Source: Octopus bimaculoides (lineage: Eukaryota). Taken from it: a stretch of 64,000 bases of DNA. The translations under genes were made by a program, and so were the position numbers. This document shows, one piece after another, positions 35,830 through 49,418 of the stretch. The notes under the pieces were generated by a model, which had not been told where the DNA came from, searched no databases, and was given only the letters and a program-made list of their open reading frames with translations. Every line of letters starts with the position of its first letter. Within the stretch, counting starts at the first letter, position 1. The stretch is taken from positions 30,129,334-30,193,333 of the forward strand of contig NC_068998.1 of the NCBI RefSeq assembly GCF_001194135.2, given 5' to 3'.

Positions 35830-38290
35830 TGGATAGTAAGTTACTTTCTATAACCTTAAATATCCACATAATTTTAATGAGCCATGAAATGCTCAAAGCC
35901 CTTCTGATGATCTTGCCTGTTCCTAAGAGGCAAACCTTCTGTAGAAGTTTTACAGGACATTCCATTCCAATCTTCTTTATCCATTTGCCTATTTTCTCAC
36001 GCAGTCCTTAACACACCAATTATGACAGGTACAACTTTTACAGATTTCGTGTTCCAAACACTTGCAATCTCAAATTTTATGGGGTTGTTTTTTGTTTTTA
36101 TTTCAACTTTTCATCTTTCTTCACTATTCTGGAATCAAAAAGACAAGATTGATCAATCAGTAAACAAATTTGATTTTTCTTCTCTGTTACTATTTTATCT
36201 GTCCTCTTATGTTCCATCTCCTCCTCCACTTGAATGGGAAAATTCCACAAAAACTTGTATGTTTCCAACACAAGTACTCTTTCTACTCAGTGATTGTACC
36301 ATGTACTTCATGCTTCAAATGCCCATTTTTCACAAAGCTTCCAGTGTAAAACTTTCATAAGTTGGTCATGTTTCCATTTCTTATACTTTTCCTGAGCCAA
36401 CTTGTACTATTTTGCAACAATGTGAGCCGTTGTTTCATCCTGCATTCCACATACTCTACATTTTTCACATTTCTCACCATACACATATTTTCTAAAGTTG
36501 TTTGTTTGCAGTACTTGATTTTGAGCAGCTCTAATAAAGTTCTCTGTCACTTTTTTTCAATTGTCCCTTTGTTAACTAAGTGCAGGATTTTGTTCCCCAT
36601 ACATCCTCAGTAACTTTCCAAAACTAATCATGCAAAGGTTTGTCTTCAATCTGTTTAACATGTTCTCTTTGAATTTCATTTTTATCATTTTCTTCTTTCC
36701 CAGTCTTGATCACCTGTTCTTTATTCACTGCCTTTAGTAACTTTCCTGTACTGTTCTGCAAATAATCAAGTAAGCAGTTTCATTCCATCTGCACACACCC
36801 TTCCACACTATTTAAGCCTTTTCCACCCTGGTCTGTCTTCAAGTACAATTAACTGATATCAGATTTCAGATGGTGGGTTCCATACAGTTAACAGCTTCCC
36901 AATTTTTCTGTCAACCTGCATTTTGCTTTTTGTCTAATCCACAATTCCAGCTCCAAATCTGATAACTGACATTGCTCTTGAATTAACAGTATTAATAACA
37001 TTTTTGAATTAAGCCATGACTGTAATATTTTCCTCACTCTCTTTGTAGATACCCTGTTGCAAGTTGCTTCATCTCCATGTTTTATTTCATCTGTCTCTAG
37101 TATTCCCAAATACTTATACCATTATCCTTTCCCAACTGATTTTATTGTTTGTCCATTTGGCATTTCAATTCCCTGGTTTCCTTCAAATCTTCAACATTTC
37201 ATTATCAAAATAGCACACTTTTCAAGCCAAAATGTCATTCTTACATCATTTGAGAAAATGCAAACAATGATTAATCTAACCATACTCTTTTCCCAAATAA
37301 TTAGCTATTTTGACATGGCATAATATCAGACTGAGCAGTGTCACAGCTAATCACTATGGAAAACATGACATTTGATGTTCACCTTCCCAAGTTTTTGTTT
37401 TCCTGCAGTCAAGTCAGTGCTCTAATGTATGTAAATTTTTCAGTCAATACTTTCATTGACCAATTTCTCCATATTTTCTGCTACTCCAAACATGCTCGTC
37501 TTTTCACTTATCCAACTTTGAGGCATCATTTCATATGCTTTTTTATAATCCAAGCATGCTACATTCAAACCCATCAATCTGCACCTGCTATTTCTGATTA
37601 CCAGTTTATCAACTAACAACTGATCTTTAGTTGCCCTACTTTGCCTCTTGCACCCCTTCTGTTCCACTGAAAGTAAATTATTACTTTCCACACCAATTAT
37701 AAGCTCCCACATAAGTGGCAAAGAGGTTATAGGTCCAAAATTTGACACCACTTTACTTTACAAGGGTTCTTTAAGACATAATAACATTCATCTACTTGCC
37801 ATCCAAACAGGAACATGTTCCTGCTGCAGGCATTTGTTAAGGTATGCCATGATCTTTTCATGCAAGTATGTAAATTCTTCAGACAAAAGCTTTGTATTCC
37901 ATCCACACCTGACCCTTTTCAATTTTGTATCTTTTCCAACTTCAATCTCACTGAGTACAGATCAATTCCGACATCCTTTTTGTTTCAGCACATTAGCTAG
38001 TTGTCTATCCATGTGTTAGCTGAACAGATTATTTCATTCAAATAGAAGATGGCTTTTAGAGGAAATAGAGAGGGAACAATATCCAGAAGTAATTCCTGAT
38101 GTGGAAGAAAGTAAAGCATTTTGGGGGAGATCTTTGGAACAGACCAGTGAGACAATGAAAGCGGAGAATGGCTAACACAGATTGAGAAGCCAAATATACC
38201 CATCATGACAACCTGTCTGATAAGGGTACACCAGGCACATACATCACAACCATATATGTGCAACACAGTGATCTCATATCGAGATAAGCA
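35830..38290 (-). mobile_element. R4/Dong-like RLE LINE relic
   Basis: NFGPITSLPLMW...EQKGCKRQSRATKDQLL...LDYKKAY (37440-37751); YLGILE near 36960-37110. Confidence 0.75.
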
Positions 38291-39056
38291 GCACATGATC
38301 TTGCAGCTGGGGACCAGTTAGAATTTTCTTCAGGTCAAGTAGCCCATCCTGCTCAAAAGGTACCAGAATAAGGTTTGTTTAAGACTGATGAATGAAACAC
38401 TCATGTTTCCAGAGGTAAATTATTTAAACCCCAAACAATTCCTTTCAACACATGGCTATGATGCTCCCCAACTACTCCTGCTCATGATGTACATATCATC
38501 AGCCACTAAGGGACATGCTCAGCTGGTTAAGGCCAAACAAGCAAATTTGTGGTATTGAACAGAATATTTACTGTAGCCCATCCTTTATACCAAGACAAAA
38601 CATGTACATGATAACACTTCCAATCAGTTAAGATCAAAAGCCATGAGAGCCACTGTGTTGTACTGCATCAGGGCATTTATTATTATTATTATTATTATTA
38701 TTAAGAGTTAGTAGAATTGTCAGAGCATCAGACAAAATGCTTTGCAGCAGAGAGAAAGAAGATTTTCAGTATNNNNNNNNNNTAAAGATATATTGAGCCA
38801 GCCTCAAAATTACTGCATTTGAAAGCATTAGTTCAAGCAGTGACAATAAAACAGTGAAATAGAAAAACAACATTGGAATATTATAACTCATTGCCTTATT
38901 CTGAATGAGGGGGAGAGAGAGGAGAGAGAGAGCCAGTAAGCCTCCAACATTGACGAGAAAAGCATTTTATATAATGAATTCTGCAATCATCTTCAAAACA
39001 ACTACTTTTGAAAAGAAGATAATGCTAGAACTATGTGGCCAACCAGGCAAATTTCC

Positions 39057-39088
<32 letters not shown>

Positions 39089-39107
39089 CCACCACCACCA
39101 CCATCAT

Positions 39108-39317
39108 TAAGGTGGTGAGTTAGCAGAGTCATTAGCACACCAAGCGAAATGCTTAGCAGTATTTTGTCTCTCTTTATGTTCTGAGTTCAAATTTCCCCGG
39201 GGTTGATTTTGCCTTTCATCCTTTCAGAGTTGATAAAATAAGTACCAGTTGAGTACTGGGGGTCAATGTAATCAACTAACCCCCTCCCCACAATTTCCAA
39301 GCCTTGTGTCTATAGTA
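39108..39317 (+). mobile_element. SINE whose tail is split by a hAT MITE (resumes 40422-40445)
   Basis: Family core is present; the tail gccttgtgtctatagta|gaaagaattatt is interrupted at the insertion. Confidence 0.8.
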
Positions 39318-40421
39318 CAGTGGTTCTCAACTGGGGTCCATATGGCCTCTGGGGGTCCACATCAGATTTTTGGGTTCCACACAACAAAATACTGATTTGT
39401 GGATCCACAATACTATTTTAAGGGCCCTTCAAAACATTTGCGTTAAAAAATATGTATTGCAAAAAACAGCTAGCTTTATTTCTCTAACATGACAAATTAA
39501 TGTGTGAAAATATTAATAAATGAAAAAAAAAGTCATTGGTGGGGGTGATGCATATGCTGCATGCAGATAAATGTTTTTGCAAATTAAAGTGTGGCTTACA
39601 ATGCGTTGCTTACCCATACTTTTTAACTGAATTGAATTTTTATTTTTTTAAGTATCACCATTATAAGTATTTACACTCCAGTGAAATTAAGAAATCAACT
39701 TGTAAATAAACGGAACCCTCGAATCCATCAGTATACACACACACAGAGTTGAATATCTATGTATTTATGTATGTATGTATGTATGTATGAATGTATGTAT
39801 GTACCCACATGTCTACGCGCACAGGTACACCGTGACCTATGCACACAGAGACAATGGTCGATACATATGAAAAAGAAAGTGAACAAAATAATACTTGCTT
39901 ATCAGGAAATTTTAAGCTCTTTTTTTTTTTAAGTATCAGCATTATAGGTATTTATACTCTGGTGAAATTAAGAAATCAAGTCATAAATAAATGAAACTCG
40001 AATCCATCACTGTATACACACACACACAGTCGCATCTATACACATGCATACGAGGGTCAACTCATATGAAAAAGAAAGTGAACTAAATAATATGACCACT
40101 TGTTTATTGGGTAATTTGTAAGTTTGATTAAAAAAACGTTTTTCTTTTAAAGCTAATCAAACTATATGTTCATCATTTTGAGCCATTCAGCCAATGAATA
40201 TTTCTGCCAAATGTGGTGAAAATCTGTTCAACCATTTTCCAGTAATTTTGCAAACACACAAACAAAGACAAGTGATCATAATACCTTGCTTTTGCTTACG
40301 TGGGCGCAGGGTAATAACATTCTACAAAATTAGTTTTTAAACATCAAATGGCTACAGGGATCCACCAGAATAAAATAGTAATCAAAAGGGGTCCACAGAT
40401 AAAAATGGTTGAGAATCCCTG
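39318..40421. mobile_element. Non-autonomous hAT (Charlie-like) element with 8-bp TSD
   Basis: TIRs cagtggttctcaac / gttgagaatccctg; TSD CTATAGTA at 39310-39317 and 40422-40429. Confidence 0.88.
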
Positions 40422-40448
40422 CTATAGTAGAAAGAATTATTATTATTA

Positions 40449-40665
40449 AGGTGGCAAGATGGCAGAATCATTAGCACACTGGACGAAATGCTTAGCAGTA
40501 TTTTTCCCATAGCTATGTTATGAGTTCAAATCCTGCCAAGGATGGCTTCGTCTTTCATCCTTTCAGGGTCAATAAATTAAGTACCACTGAAACATTGAGG
40601 TCAATGTAATTGACTAGTCCCCTCCCACTAAACTTCAGGCCTTGTGCTTTAGTAGAAAGGATTCT
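40449..40665 (+). mobile_element. SINE
   Basis: ggtggcaagatggcagaatcattagc head and the family core. Confidence 0.8.
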
Positions 40666-40671
40666 TTTATT

Positions 40672-40870
40672 CTTGTATTCTTTTACTTGTTTCAGTCACT
40701 TGACTGCAGCCATACTGGAGCACCGCATTTAGTCGAACAAATCTACCCAAAGACTTATTCTTCATAAGCCTAGTACTTATTCTATTGGTCTCTTTTAAGT
40801 TACAGGGACATAAAAACACCAACATTGGTTGTCAGGTGAGGTGGAGAACAAGCACAGACACACACACAAA
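40672..40870. mobile_element. SINE-like interspersed repeat ending in (CA)n/(TA)n
   Basis: ttcttttacttgtttcagtca...ggagcaccgc...cttattctattggtctc pattern, recognised as a common Octopus-type repeat (inference). Confidence 0.55.
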
Positions 40871-41821
40871 TATATATATATATANNNNNNNNNNNNNNNN
40901 NNNNNNNNNNNNNNNNNNNNNNNNNNNNNNNNNNNNNNNNNNNNNNNNNNNNNNNNNNNNNNNNNNNNNNNNNNNNNNNNNNNNNNNNNNNNNNNNNNNN
41001 NNNNNNNNNNNNNNNNNNNNNNNNNNNNNNNNNNNNNNNNNNNNNNNNNNNNNNNNNNNNNNNNNNNNNNNNNNNNNNNNNNNNNNNNNNNNNNNNNNNN
41101 NNNNNNNNNNNNNNNNNNNNNNNNNNNNNNNNNNNNNNNNNNNNNNNNNNNNNNNNNNNNNNNNNNNNNNNNNNNNNNNNNNNNNNNNNNNNNNNNNNNN
41201 NNNNNNNNNNNNNNNNNNNNNNNNNNNNNNNNNNNNNNNNNNNNNNNNNNNNNNNNNNNNNNNNATAATATACATGTTAGCATATATTATAATGGATGTG
41301 GGGATGATTATGGAATGTTTATTATTTTGATATTTTTAATAATATTTTTCTATCTTTATAAAATAAGTATTTTATATAAATTCATTTGGTACTTATTGTT
41401 GGTTGATATATACATTTATTTATTATTATTATTGTTGTATTTAGACCTGACGATTAGCTGTATTTTTGAATAGAATTTATTTTCAATAATTTAAATTGAT
41501 TTTAATTGATTTAAATTTCCTTTCTATCTGAAAATTAGTTATGAAACACGTGTAGTCATTTTATTATCTTTATCTTATGATATTTACTTTTTATTATATT
41601 ATACTCATTTATTGTGCTTTTAATTATTAATTTTTCTATATGTGACTGGATTTTCATCGATGAGTTCATGAACCTTGGTTCTTTTCCCTAAAACTATATA
41701 TTTTTATATATATTTTACTCTGTAAAACTCAATTTAATTTTAATCTTTTATAAATTGATTTTAATTGAGTTTTTACCTGTAATTTTGGATTTTGTCCCTA
41801 ATATTATATATCTATATACGA

Positions 41822-41981
41822 CAGGCTTCTTTCAGTTTCCATCTACCAAATCCATTCACAAAGGTTTGGTTGGCCTGAGGCTAAAGTAGAAGGCACTTGC
41901 CCAATGTGACGTGCAGTGGGATTGAACCTGGAACCATGTGGTTGGAAAGCAAGCTTCTTACCACACAGCCACGCCTGCACC

Positions 41982-41985
<4 letters not shown>
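41822..41985 (-). mobile_element. tRNA-derived SINE
   Basis: Minus strand ggcgtggctgtgtggtaagaagcttgc...ggttcaatccc has A/B-box-like motifs; homologous to 53440-53600 (+). Confidence 0.8.
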
Positions 41986-42030
<45 letters not shown>

Positions 42031-42143
42031 ACAGAAATGAAGTAGATTGATAAAATTATGTTTTGAACCAGCTGAAGACACACAAGATGTTGAAATATTG
42101 TTCACTAGATAACAATAGCACTCTTCTTTGAATTTTGACTCTA

Positions 42144-42185
<42 letters not shown>

Positions 42186-42765
42186 GAAAACTCACAGTTT
42201 ATTTTGCCAGGTATGATGGAAAGTGTCAGCTGTCCACAGCCAACAGACTAAGGCAACACTTGTTTACTGGTCATGCTTCAAGAACCCTGCAAAGAATTCT
42301 TGCAGTTCCAAGCAATGCTCATTTTTGTAGGTGTTCTACCTTTACACTTGCAGGAATCTTTTTCAGCCATGTTGGTAGTTGAGTGTTAATACTTCCACGT
42401 GCACCAATTACTATTGATGTCAATTCTACTCTCTTCACTGACCACAACCTTCGTATTTCCCACTTTAAATTGTCATAGTTGTTTCTTTTTCCTTCTTCTT
42501 TCACATTGATCCTGTTGTCACTGGGGTATGCTATGTCGATTATCATACATGTTCTTTCTTTTTTATTCACCACAACAATGTCCAGTTTCCAATGTCTGGT
42601 CAGGTGATCACATTGGATCATTGCATCCCACAGGATTTTGCAATTCTCATTTTTGGTGACACCTTCTGAAATTTTCTCATACCACATCTTTGCTCTTTGT
42701 AGGCTGTGATTTCCACAAAGCTCCCAATGTATCATTCTTTCCACACTGTCATGGCATCTTTTGTA
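42186..42765 (-). mobile_element. R4/Dong-like LINE 3' fragment A
   Basis: IHWELC...ILWDAMIQCD...DIVVV...IIDIAYP...KYxxL-like RLE region; 3' end abuts (TAA)n. Confidence 0.8.
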
Positions 42766-42779
42766 ATTATTATTATTGT

Positions 42780-44935
42780 TATTTTATATACACACAATAG
42801 ATTAGATTTTTGGAAAAAAAAACTATAACATTGGGCTACAAGTAACCTTAAATGCCAAGAATCTTCCTAAGTATACTTGTTATCCATAATATTACTGTTT
42901 TCTGGAGCTGTACTAAGACAAGTTTTATGCCTATTTCCTCAATCAATCTGTTCAAATTGTTAGGGATAGTTCTTAATGCACCTCTAACTACAGGGATGCA
43001 TTTTATCTGCACTTTCCAGAGCCTCTGTAGCTCAATGGCTATGTCCTGGTACTTTGCTATTCTACTTATACCTCTCATATTGACTTTCTCATCATTTGGA
43101 ACTGCAAAGTCAATTACCTGGCACTTTCTATTCTCTTGGTCTACTTTTACTAATAAACCAGGTCTTCTATTACTCTGTCAGTCTAAATGTTAGAATCCCA
43201 CAACATCTTATATTTCTTACTTTCTAACACTTTACTAGGTCCATGTCCATACCACTTATCATTATGGTCAAACCCTATCTTTCTATATTCTCCCTAGGTT
43301 GTCATGTCTTTACTTGTATTCTTTCTGTGCCCACACACTACATTCACTAACTATATGAGTGACACTTTCCTCCTTTGATTTACATAACCTATATTGGGAA
43401 TCTGCCTGATTTTTTACTATCTTCGTTTTTATCCAATTAGTCTTCAATGATTGATCTTAAGCAGCTACTAACAAACTTTTTTTACTCCCTTTCAGCCTTC
43501 CTTTCTGCAACAACCATATCTCACTATCCTCTGCTACTATCTTTTGAAATCTACCATACAAAGCCTTCTTTTGCCAGTCAGATAAACTTGCTTCTTTTTT
43601 CTGGTTTTTAACCACATTTGGTTTTTTGATTTACCTGTCTCCTACTCTTACTCTAGCAGCTGTTAATAAAATTTCCTTGCTATTACCTACATAGAAGACT
43701 ATGTTTACTCTAGCTAACTCCACACAGTCTTCTACTGATATCAAATCTCTACCAACTTCCTTTCTAGGTAAATACAATCTTGCTACTTTTGCTCTTGGAT
43801 GAAGTCTTCCATTCATATTGAATTCCTTCCTAGTTCTTCTGTCTAGATTTGCTAATTCAGTTTTTGTCCAATCTACAAAAGCTGCTGAATATCTAAGTAG
43901 CAACACTGCCCAAGTATTTACAGCCTTTACTAGATTTGGGCTATTTAGTTTTGACTTCATTAACTTTCTCACCCTTCTGACATACTCCTCAATTTTCACT
44001 TTTATTTCTGTAGTTAGTACTCTGTCGGATTCTAATACTCCTAGATACTTATAACTTTCTCCTTCTTTCAGTGATTTTAATGTCTGACCATCTGGTAATT
44101 GAATGCCTTCACTGCTGACTACCTGTCCCTTTTTTATAACTAATATTGTGCACTTATCTATGCCAAATGTCATAGCTATATTATTGCCAAAGAGTCTTAC
44201 AATTTGTATTAAGGAATCTATCTCATTTTTTATTCTTACTAAAAAGCTTCAGATCATCCATGGTTAATTTTTCCTTTACTATCTTTAAATTGATACCCTA
44301 CCTTTGCCTTTCTTAATACAAAACTGAGGGGAATAAAACATAAAACAAATATTAAAGGGGATAATGAGTCTCTCTGGAAAATTCCTATCCTGATATTAAC
44401 TTTCCCTAAGGCTGTATCACCTGAGTAGAGATCTACTTTCTATTTCTTCATGCTATAGTTAATTAACTCTCTTATGTTGTCTGCAATACTGAATATTCTC
44501 AAACATTCACTTATCCATGTATGTGGAATCATATTATAGGCTTTCTTATAATCTATCCATGCTTCTTTTAGGACTTATTTGTCTATGTATAATAGATTAT
44601 GTGTTCCTCTAGCCATCTTCCTGCAACCTTCCTGTTCTGCTGGAAGTAAATTCTGGCTGTCAAGGTGCTCACAAATGCTTTCTGAGAGCATTCTTGTTAA
44701 CAACTGCCAGACCAATGGTGAGCAAGTGATTGGTCTATAATCACTAGCTATACTGTCCCTGCTTCTGTCTTTCATAAGGAGTATTGCTCTCCCTCTAGTC
44801 ATCAATTTAGGCATGAATCCTCAATTCAGGCAATCCTGATGTTGTTCCCTCAGTCTCCTATGTAAGCTACTAAATTTCTTTAACCATTATCCTTGAACTA
44901 AATCCAGTACTGGGCCCTTCCAATTTGGCATCCTT
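42780..44935 (-). mobile_element. R4/Dong-like LINE fragment B
   Basis: DYRPITC...EQEGCRK, FGIDKC, YKYLGVLE, RLYLPRKEVGR, KYQDIAIELQRLW...LRKILGI*. Confidence 0.85.
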
Positions 44936-44962
44936 CCTATTATTATTATTATTATTATTATT

Positions 44963-45255
44963 TGATGAAAACTCTCAGCTTATTTTTCCAGGTATGATGG
45001 AAAGTGTCAGCTGTCCACAGCCAACAGACTAAGGTGACACTTGTTTACTGGTCATGCTTCAAGAACCCTCCAAAGAACTCTTGCAGTTCCAAGCAATGTT
45101 GATTTTTGTAGGTGGTCTATCCTTACATTTGTACCAATCTTTTTCAGCGATGTTGGTAGGTGAGTGCTGATACTTCCAAATATGCCAATTACTATTGGTA
45201 TCATGCCTACTTTCCTCATTGATCACAATCTTTGTATATTCCACTTCAAATCATT
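44963..45255 (-). mobile_element. R4/Dong-like LINE 3' fragment C (same family as A)
   Basis: Near-identical 3' UTR to 42186-42330; abuts (TAA)n at 44938-44961. Confidence 0.8.
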
Positions 45256-45289
45256 GTAGTTGTTCAGTTTTTCTTCTTTCTCTTTGATT

Positions 45290-45489
<200 letters not shown>

Positions 45490-45490
<1 letters not shown>

Positions 45491-45710
45491 AGAGTGATGG
45501 ATTGTCAAAATCATTAGAACATCAGGTAAAATGCTTTGTGAGATTTGTTCTGGGCCTTTACATTCTAAGTAAAAATTCTGCTGTCAGCTTTGTCTTTCAT
45601 CTGTCAAGCATAAATAAAATATAGTATCAATGAAGTACTGGAAACTAATTTAATCAACAAACCCACTCCCAAAGTTTTGGCTTTGTGCATATATTAGAAA
45701 CAATTATCTC
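45490..45710 (+). mobile_element. Decayed SINE
   Basis: Degenerate family head and core. Confidence 0.6.
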
Positions 45711-46039
45711 CTACTACTAAAATTCTGATGTCTTGTACCTCAATGAATGTAATCTCTTTATACAAAAAGTGGTAATACATTTTGGTGGTTAGAATAACTA
45801 AAATTAATAAATTTATAAGGGAAATGAAAGACATAAATACATGTCTGTGACAACTTGAAGTTCCTGCAGAATACCTGACAAGAGGAAGTTCCTAAGAGAT
45901 AGCTGACACCTGGAAGTTCCAACAAGATAACCAGTGACTGGAAGTTCCAATGGGATAGCCCACTAAGGGCCACAGACCAAATTTGTCACTGGCACAAATT
46001 TCTAGCCATAACAGGCTCAGAAGAGTTCACACACACACA

Positions 46040-46345
46040 CTAGCACTCCATCGGTTATGACAATGAAGGTTCCAGTTGATCCAGTCAACAGAACAGCCTG
46101 CTATTGAAATTAATGTACAAGTGGCTGAGCACTCCACAGACACACGTACCCTTAACGTAGTTCTCAGAATGTGACAAAGCTGGCCTTCTGAATGAATAAC
46201 AGGTACTATTCATTTTTACCAGCTGAGTAGACTGGAACAATGTGAAATAAAGTGTCTTGCTCAAGGACACAATGCACCACTGATTTTCAAACTCATGACC
46301 TTATGATTGTGAGCCAAATACCCTAACCACTAAGCCACATACCTT
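46040..46345 (-). mobile_element. tRNA-derived SINE
   Basis: Minus-strand head gtggcttagtggttagggtatt...ggtcatgagtttga followed by gtgtccttgagcaagacac. Confidence 0.7.
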
Positions 46346-46379
46346 CACTTGGAAGAATTCAGGTTACAGAATACCAGGT

Positions 46380-47340
46380 GGCTTGAAGAGAAGCTATGTG
46401 ACAAGTATATTTAGCTATGGGAGAAGCAGACAGGAAGTGGTTTACCAATGTTCTGCAGCAAAAGATCAGAAGTATGAGGTATTCTGGATTGCAAGACAGT
46501 GTGTCTGAGAAAATCACAATGTTGTAGGAAATAAGTGTTTTCAGAAGGGCGATAGTACACTTGCACTTAGTAACTGAAAAGAAAGTTGCAAGAAAGTGTC
46601 ACTATGAAAGGCTGCTACATGTGGAGAATACATGCAAGAAAGAGTGTCTTCTTAATGTGGACACAACAGAGAGGCCAGCTATCTGAGTGATAGATAAAGC
46701 AATTAAGGATATGAAGACAGGGAAAACCCTTGACTAATCAGGAATTACCACCGAGATGCTTAAAACATCTGGTGGAGTGAGATATGGCTTAGTTACCCAT
46801 ATAGTTAATCATGTTGTCTAGGAAGGGGTATACCCAAATGGGGTAGCAGTATTATAGTCAACTGCTTCAAAGGTAAAGATGCCTGAGGTAGAAGTAATTA
46901 GAGAGTTATCAAATTGCTGGACCAGATCATGAAAGTTATAGAAAGGGCTATAATTCTACTAATTAGGAAGAGAGTTAACCTTGATGAGATGCAGATTGGT
47001 TTTGAGCATTACTAATGCTATCTTCCTTGTAGGAGAAGCATTTAGCCAAAATCAAACTACTGTACTTGGCCTTTGTCAACACAAAGAAAGCCTCTGACAG
47101 GGTCCCTTGCTCACTCATCTGGAGGTCACTGCAGATGCTAGGAGTGGATGAATGGCTGGTGCAAGCTGTCCAATCCATGTATAGAGGTGTGAGCAGTAAG
47201 GTGGAAGTCAGCAATAAGTACAACAGCAATGAGTACAGCAATGAATTTAGAATGCAGGTAGGAATTCATCAAGGCTCAGTTCTCAGCTCCCTCTTGTTTA
47301 TCATAGTCCTTGGATACATAAGGGGTGCAGTAGAATCCCA
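46380..47340 (+). mobile_element. Decayed RTE-like LINE (RT N-terminal part)
   Basis: AFVNTKKASDRVPCSLIW...GIHQGSVLSSLLF. Confidence 0.75.
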
Positions 47341-47384
47341 GGAAGGCTAACAAAGTAGTCTTTGTGTGTGACACATATACATCA

Positions 47385-47970
47385 TCATCATCGTCGTCAT
47401 TGTCGTTTAAAGTCCGCTTTCCATGTTGGAATGGGTTGGACAGTTTGACTGTGGGCTAGCAAGCCAGAAGGCTGCACCAGGCTCCAATCTAGTCTGGCAA
47501 AGTTTCTACAGCTGGATGCCTTTTTTAATGCCATCCACTCCGAGAGTGTAGTGGGTGCTTTTTACATGCCACCGGCACTACGGCCAGTCAGGTGGTACTG
47601 GTATTGACCACACTTGAATGGTGCTTTTTACGTGTCACTGGCATGGGACCAGTCAGGTGGCACTGGCATCAACCATGCTTGAATGGTGCTTTTTATGTGC
47701 CACTGGCATAGTAGCCAGTCAGGCAGCACTAGCAATGACCATGCTCGAATGGTGTTTTTTATGTGCCACCAGCACAGGTGCCAATCAGGCAGTACTGGCA
47801 TCAGCCATGACAATGACTTCATTTGACTCAACAGGTCTTTGCAAGTGCAGTTTATTGCCCAATGATTGAAGGGTACTCTTAAATGGGCCGGTTATGCTGC
47901 ACTGGCATAGGCCACAGTTACGGTCTCACTTGGCTTGCCAGGTCTTCTCAAGCACAGCGTATAGGATACA
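47385..47970 (-). mobile_element. RTE-like 3' UTR with four ~65-bp tandem units
   Basis: ggtgctttttacgtgccactggca unit repeated; (GAT)n tail. Confidence 0.8.
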
Positions 47971-48049
47971 GGAGCAATAAACACTAAGAGGATATGGGAA
48001 ATAGATTTCCTCATATGCCCAAGAGAATCCTTAAATGTAGATAGTTTCT

Positions 48050-48560
48050 GTTACTTAGAAGACAAAATTAGCAGTGGAGGAAGATGCTCTGAAAGTGTAG
48101 TTGCTAGAATTAGAGTCAGCTGGGCAAAGTTCAGAAAGCTATTGCCTTTGTTGGTAACAATGGACCTCTGCCTCAAAGTGATAGGCAGATTGTATGATGC
48201 TTGTATACGAAAAGCTCTGCTGCATGGTAGCGAACTGTGAGCTGTGACTTCCAAAGACATGCAGAGACTTGAAAGAAATGAAGCCAGCATGCTCCAATGG
48301 ATGTACAACAAAGTGTAAAAATATTGAGAGGAAAATTGGGGATAAAAGAAATCAGATGTACTGAGTAAGAGAGAAGACTTCAGTGGTATGACTGTGATGT
48401 GCATGAATAAAGACAGCTGCATAACGAAGTGTCGATCTCTAAATCTGAAGGGAACCTGTGGAAGAGGAAGATTTAGGATGATGTGGGACAAAGTGGTGGA
48501 AAATGATCTTCAGATGTTGAGCCTCACAGAGGAGATGACAAAGGACTGAAATGATTAGCA
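48050..48560 (+). mobile_element. RTE-like LINE C-terminal fragment
   Basis: RLYDACIRKALLHGSEL-type codons, GTCGRGR. Confidence 0.75.
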
Positions 48561-49257
48561 ATTTACTGTGCTTAAAAAAACCTGTCCTACCTGTATACAC
48601 ATGTATCCCTGTCAAATATTTTCCCACAACTTATCCTCCAAACATTCCTTCTCTCTACTTAAGTCCATTCACTATATTCTCTCTGTTCCATCTTCCACTT
48701 TCCTTTCGCATTCTCACAACCTTACCTACTTACCTTATGCAATCCTTGTAACTTGAGTATATCTCCAATCACATCTTCACCATCTTCTCCTCTCACCTCT
48801 CTCTCCAAGATAGTCATGTATCTTTTCTATTGTCAGACACCTAATTCTGTCTCTCTATTCATATTCTACCCTCTCATCACCTGGTACAGAGCTACCTTCC
48901 TCAAAATAACTCTTCCTCTCAGTTGAAGGGTTTTGTCTTGCAAGTTACTTGGTGAGTTAATTGCAGCTGGTGCCATGTAAAAAGCACTCAATACACTCTG
49001 TAAAGTGGTTTGCATTAGAAAGAGTATCCAATTGTAGAAACCATGCCAAAGCAGATAGTAAAGCTTGATGTAGTCTTCTGACTTTCCAGCTCCTGTCAAA
49101 CTATCCAACCTATGCTAACATGGAAGGAGTGTTAGTAATGAGGATGATGAAGATGATGAATATACATACTACAAAAAGAGAATTACAACATATACAACAC
49201 TGGTCTGTAAAAGATCATGTCATTTTGTAAATGAAAATTAAAAAAAGGAAACCTTAC

Positions 49258-49418
49258 CGAAAGTAGAAACTTCGGACTTTCTGGTAAAAGAAAGAAGAAA
49301 ATCACTGATGTCAAACTAGGTATGACACAGACAGAGAGGTAGAGGCGCCAGTTGGTGTAAACAAAATTTTGCAGATGGATGTCTATATGGGTATATGGAA
49401 TGATAAACCAAGCAAGAC
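49258..49418 (-). CDS. SV2: Internal exon of SV2-like MFS transporter (TM5-TM6, PESP motif)
   Basis: Acceptor ttttattgttctacacag|GT, donor TCG|gtaagg; 161 nt, phase 1 to 0. Translates (G)LAWFIIPYTHIDIHLQNFVYTNWRLYLSVCVIPSLTSVIFFFLLPESPKFLLS, matching the SV2-family AWxIIP...WR...PESP(R/K)FLL signature. Confidence 0.92.

Noticed and set aside
47555-47815. CRISPR-like repeat/spacer appearance of the GGTGCTTTTTACGTGCCAC arrays
   Set aside because: The supposed spacers are homologous to each other (whole-unit tandem repeats), they lie in LINE 3' UTRs of a eukaryote, and there are no cas genes.
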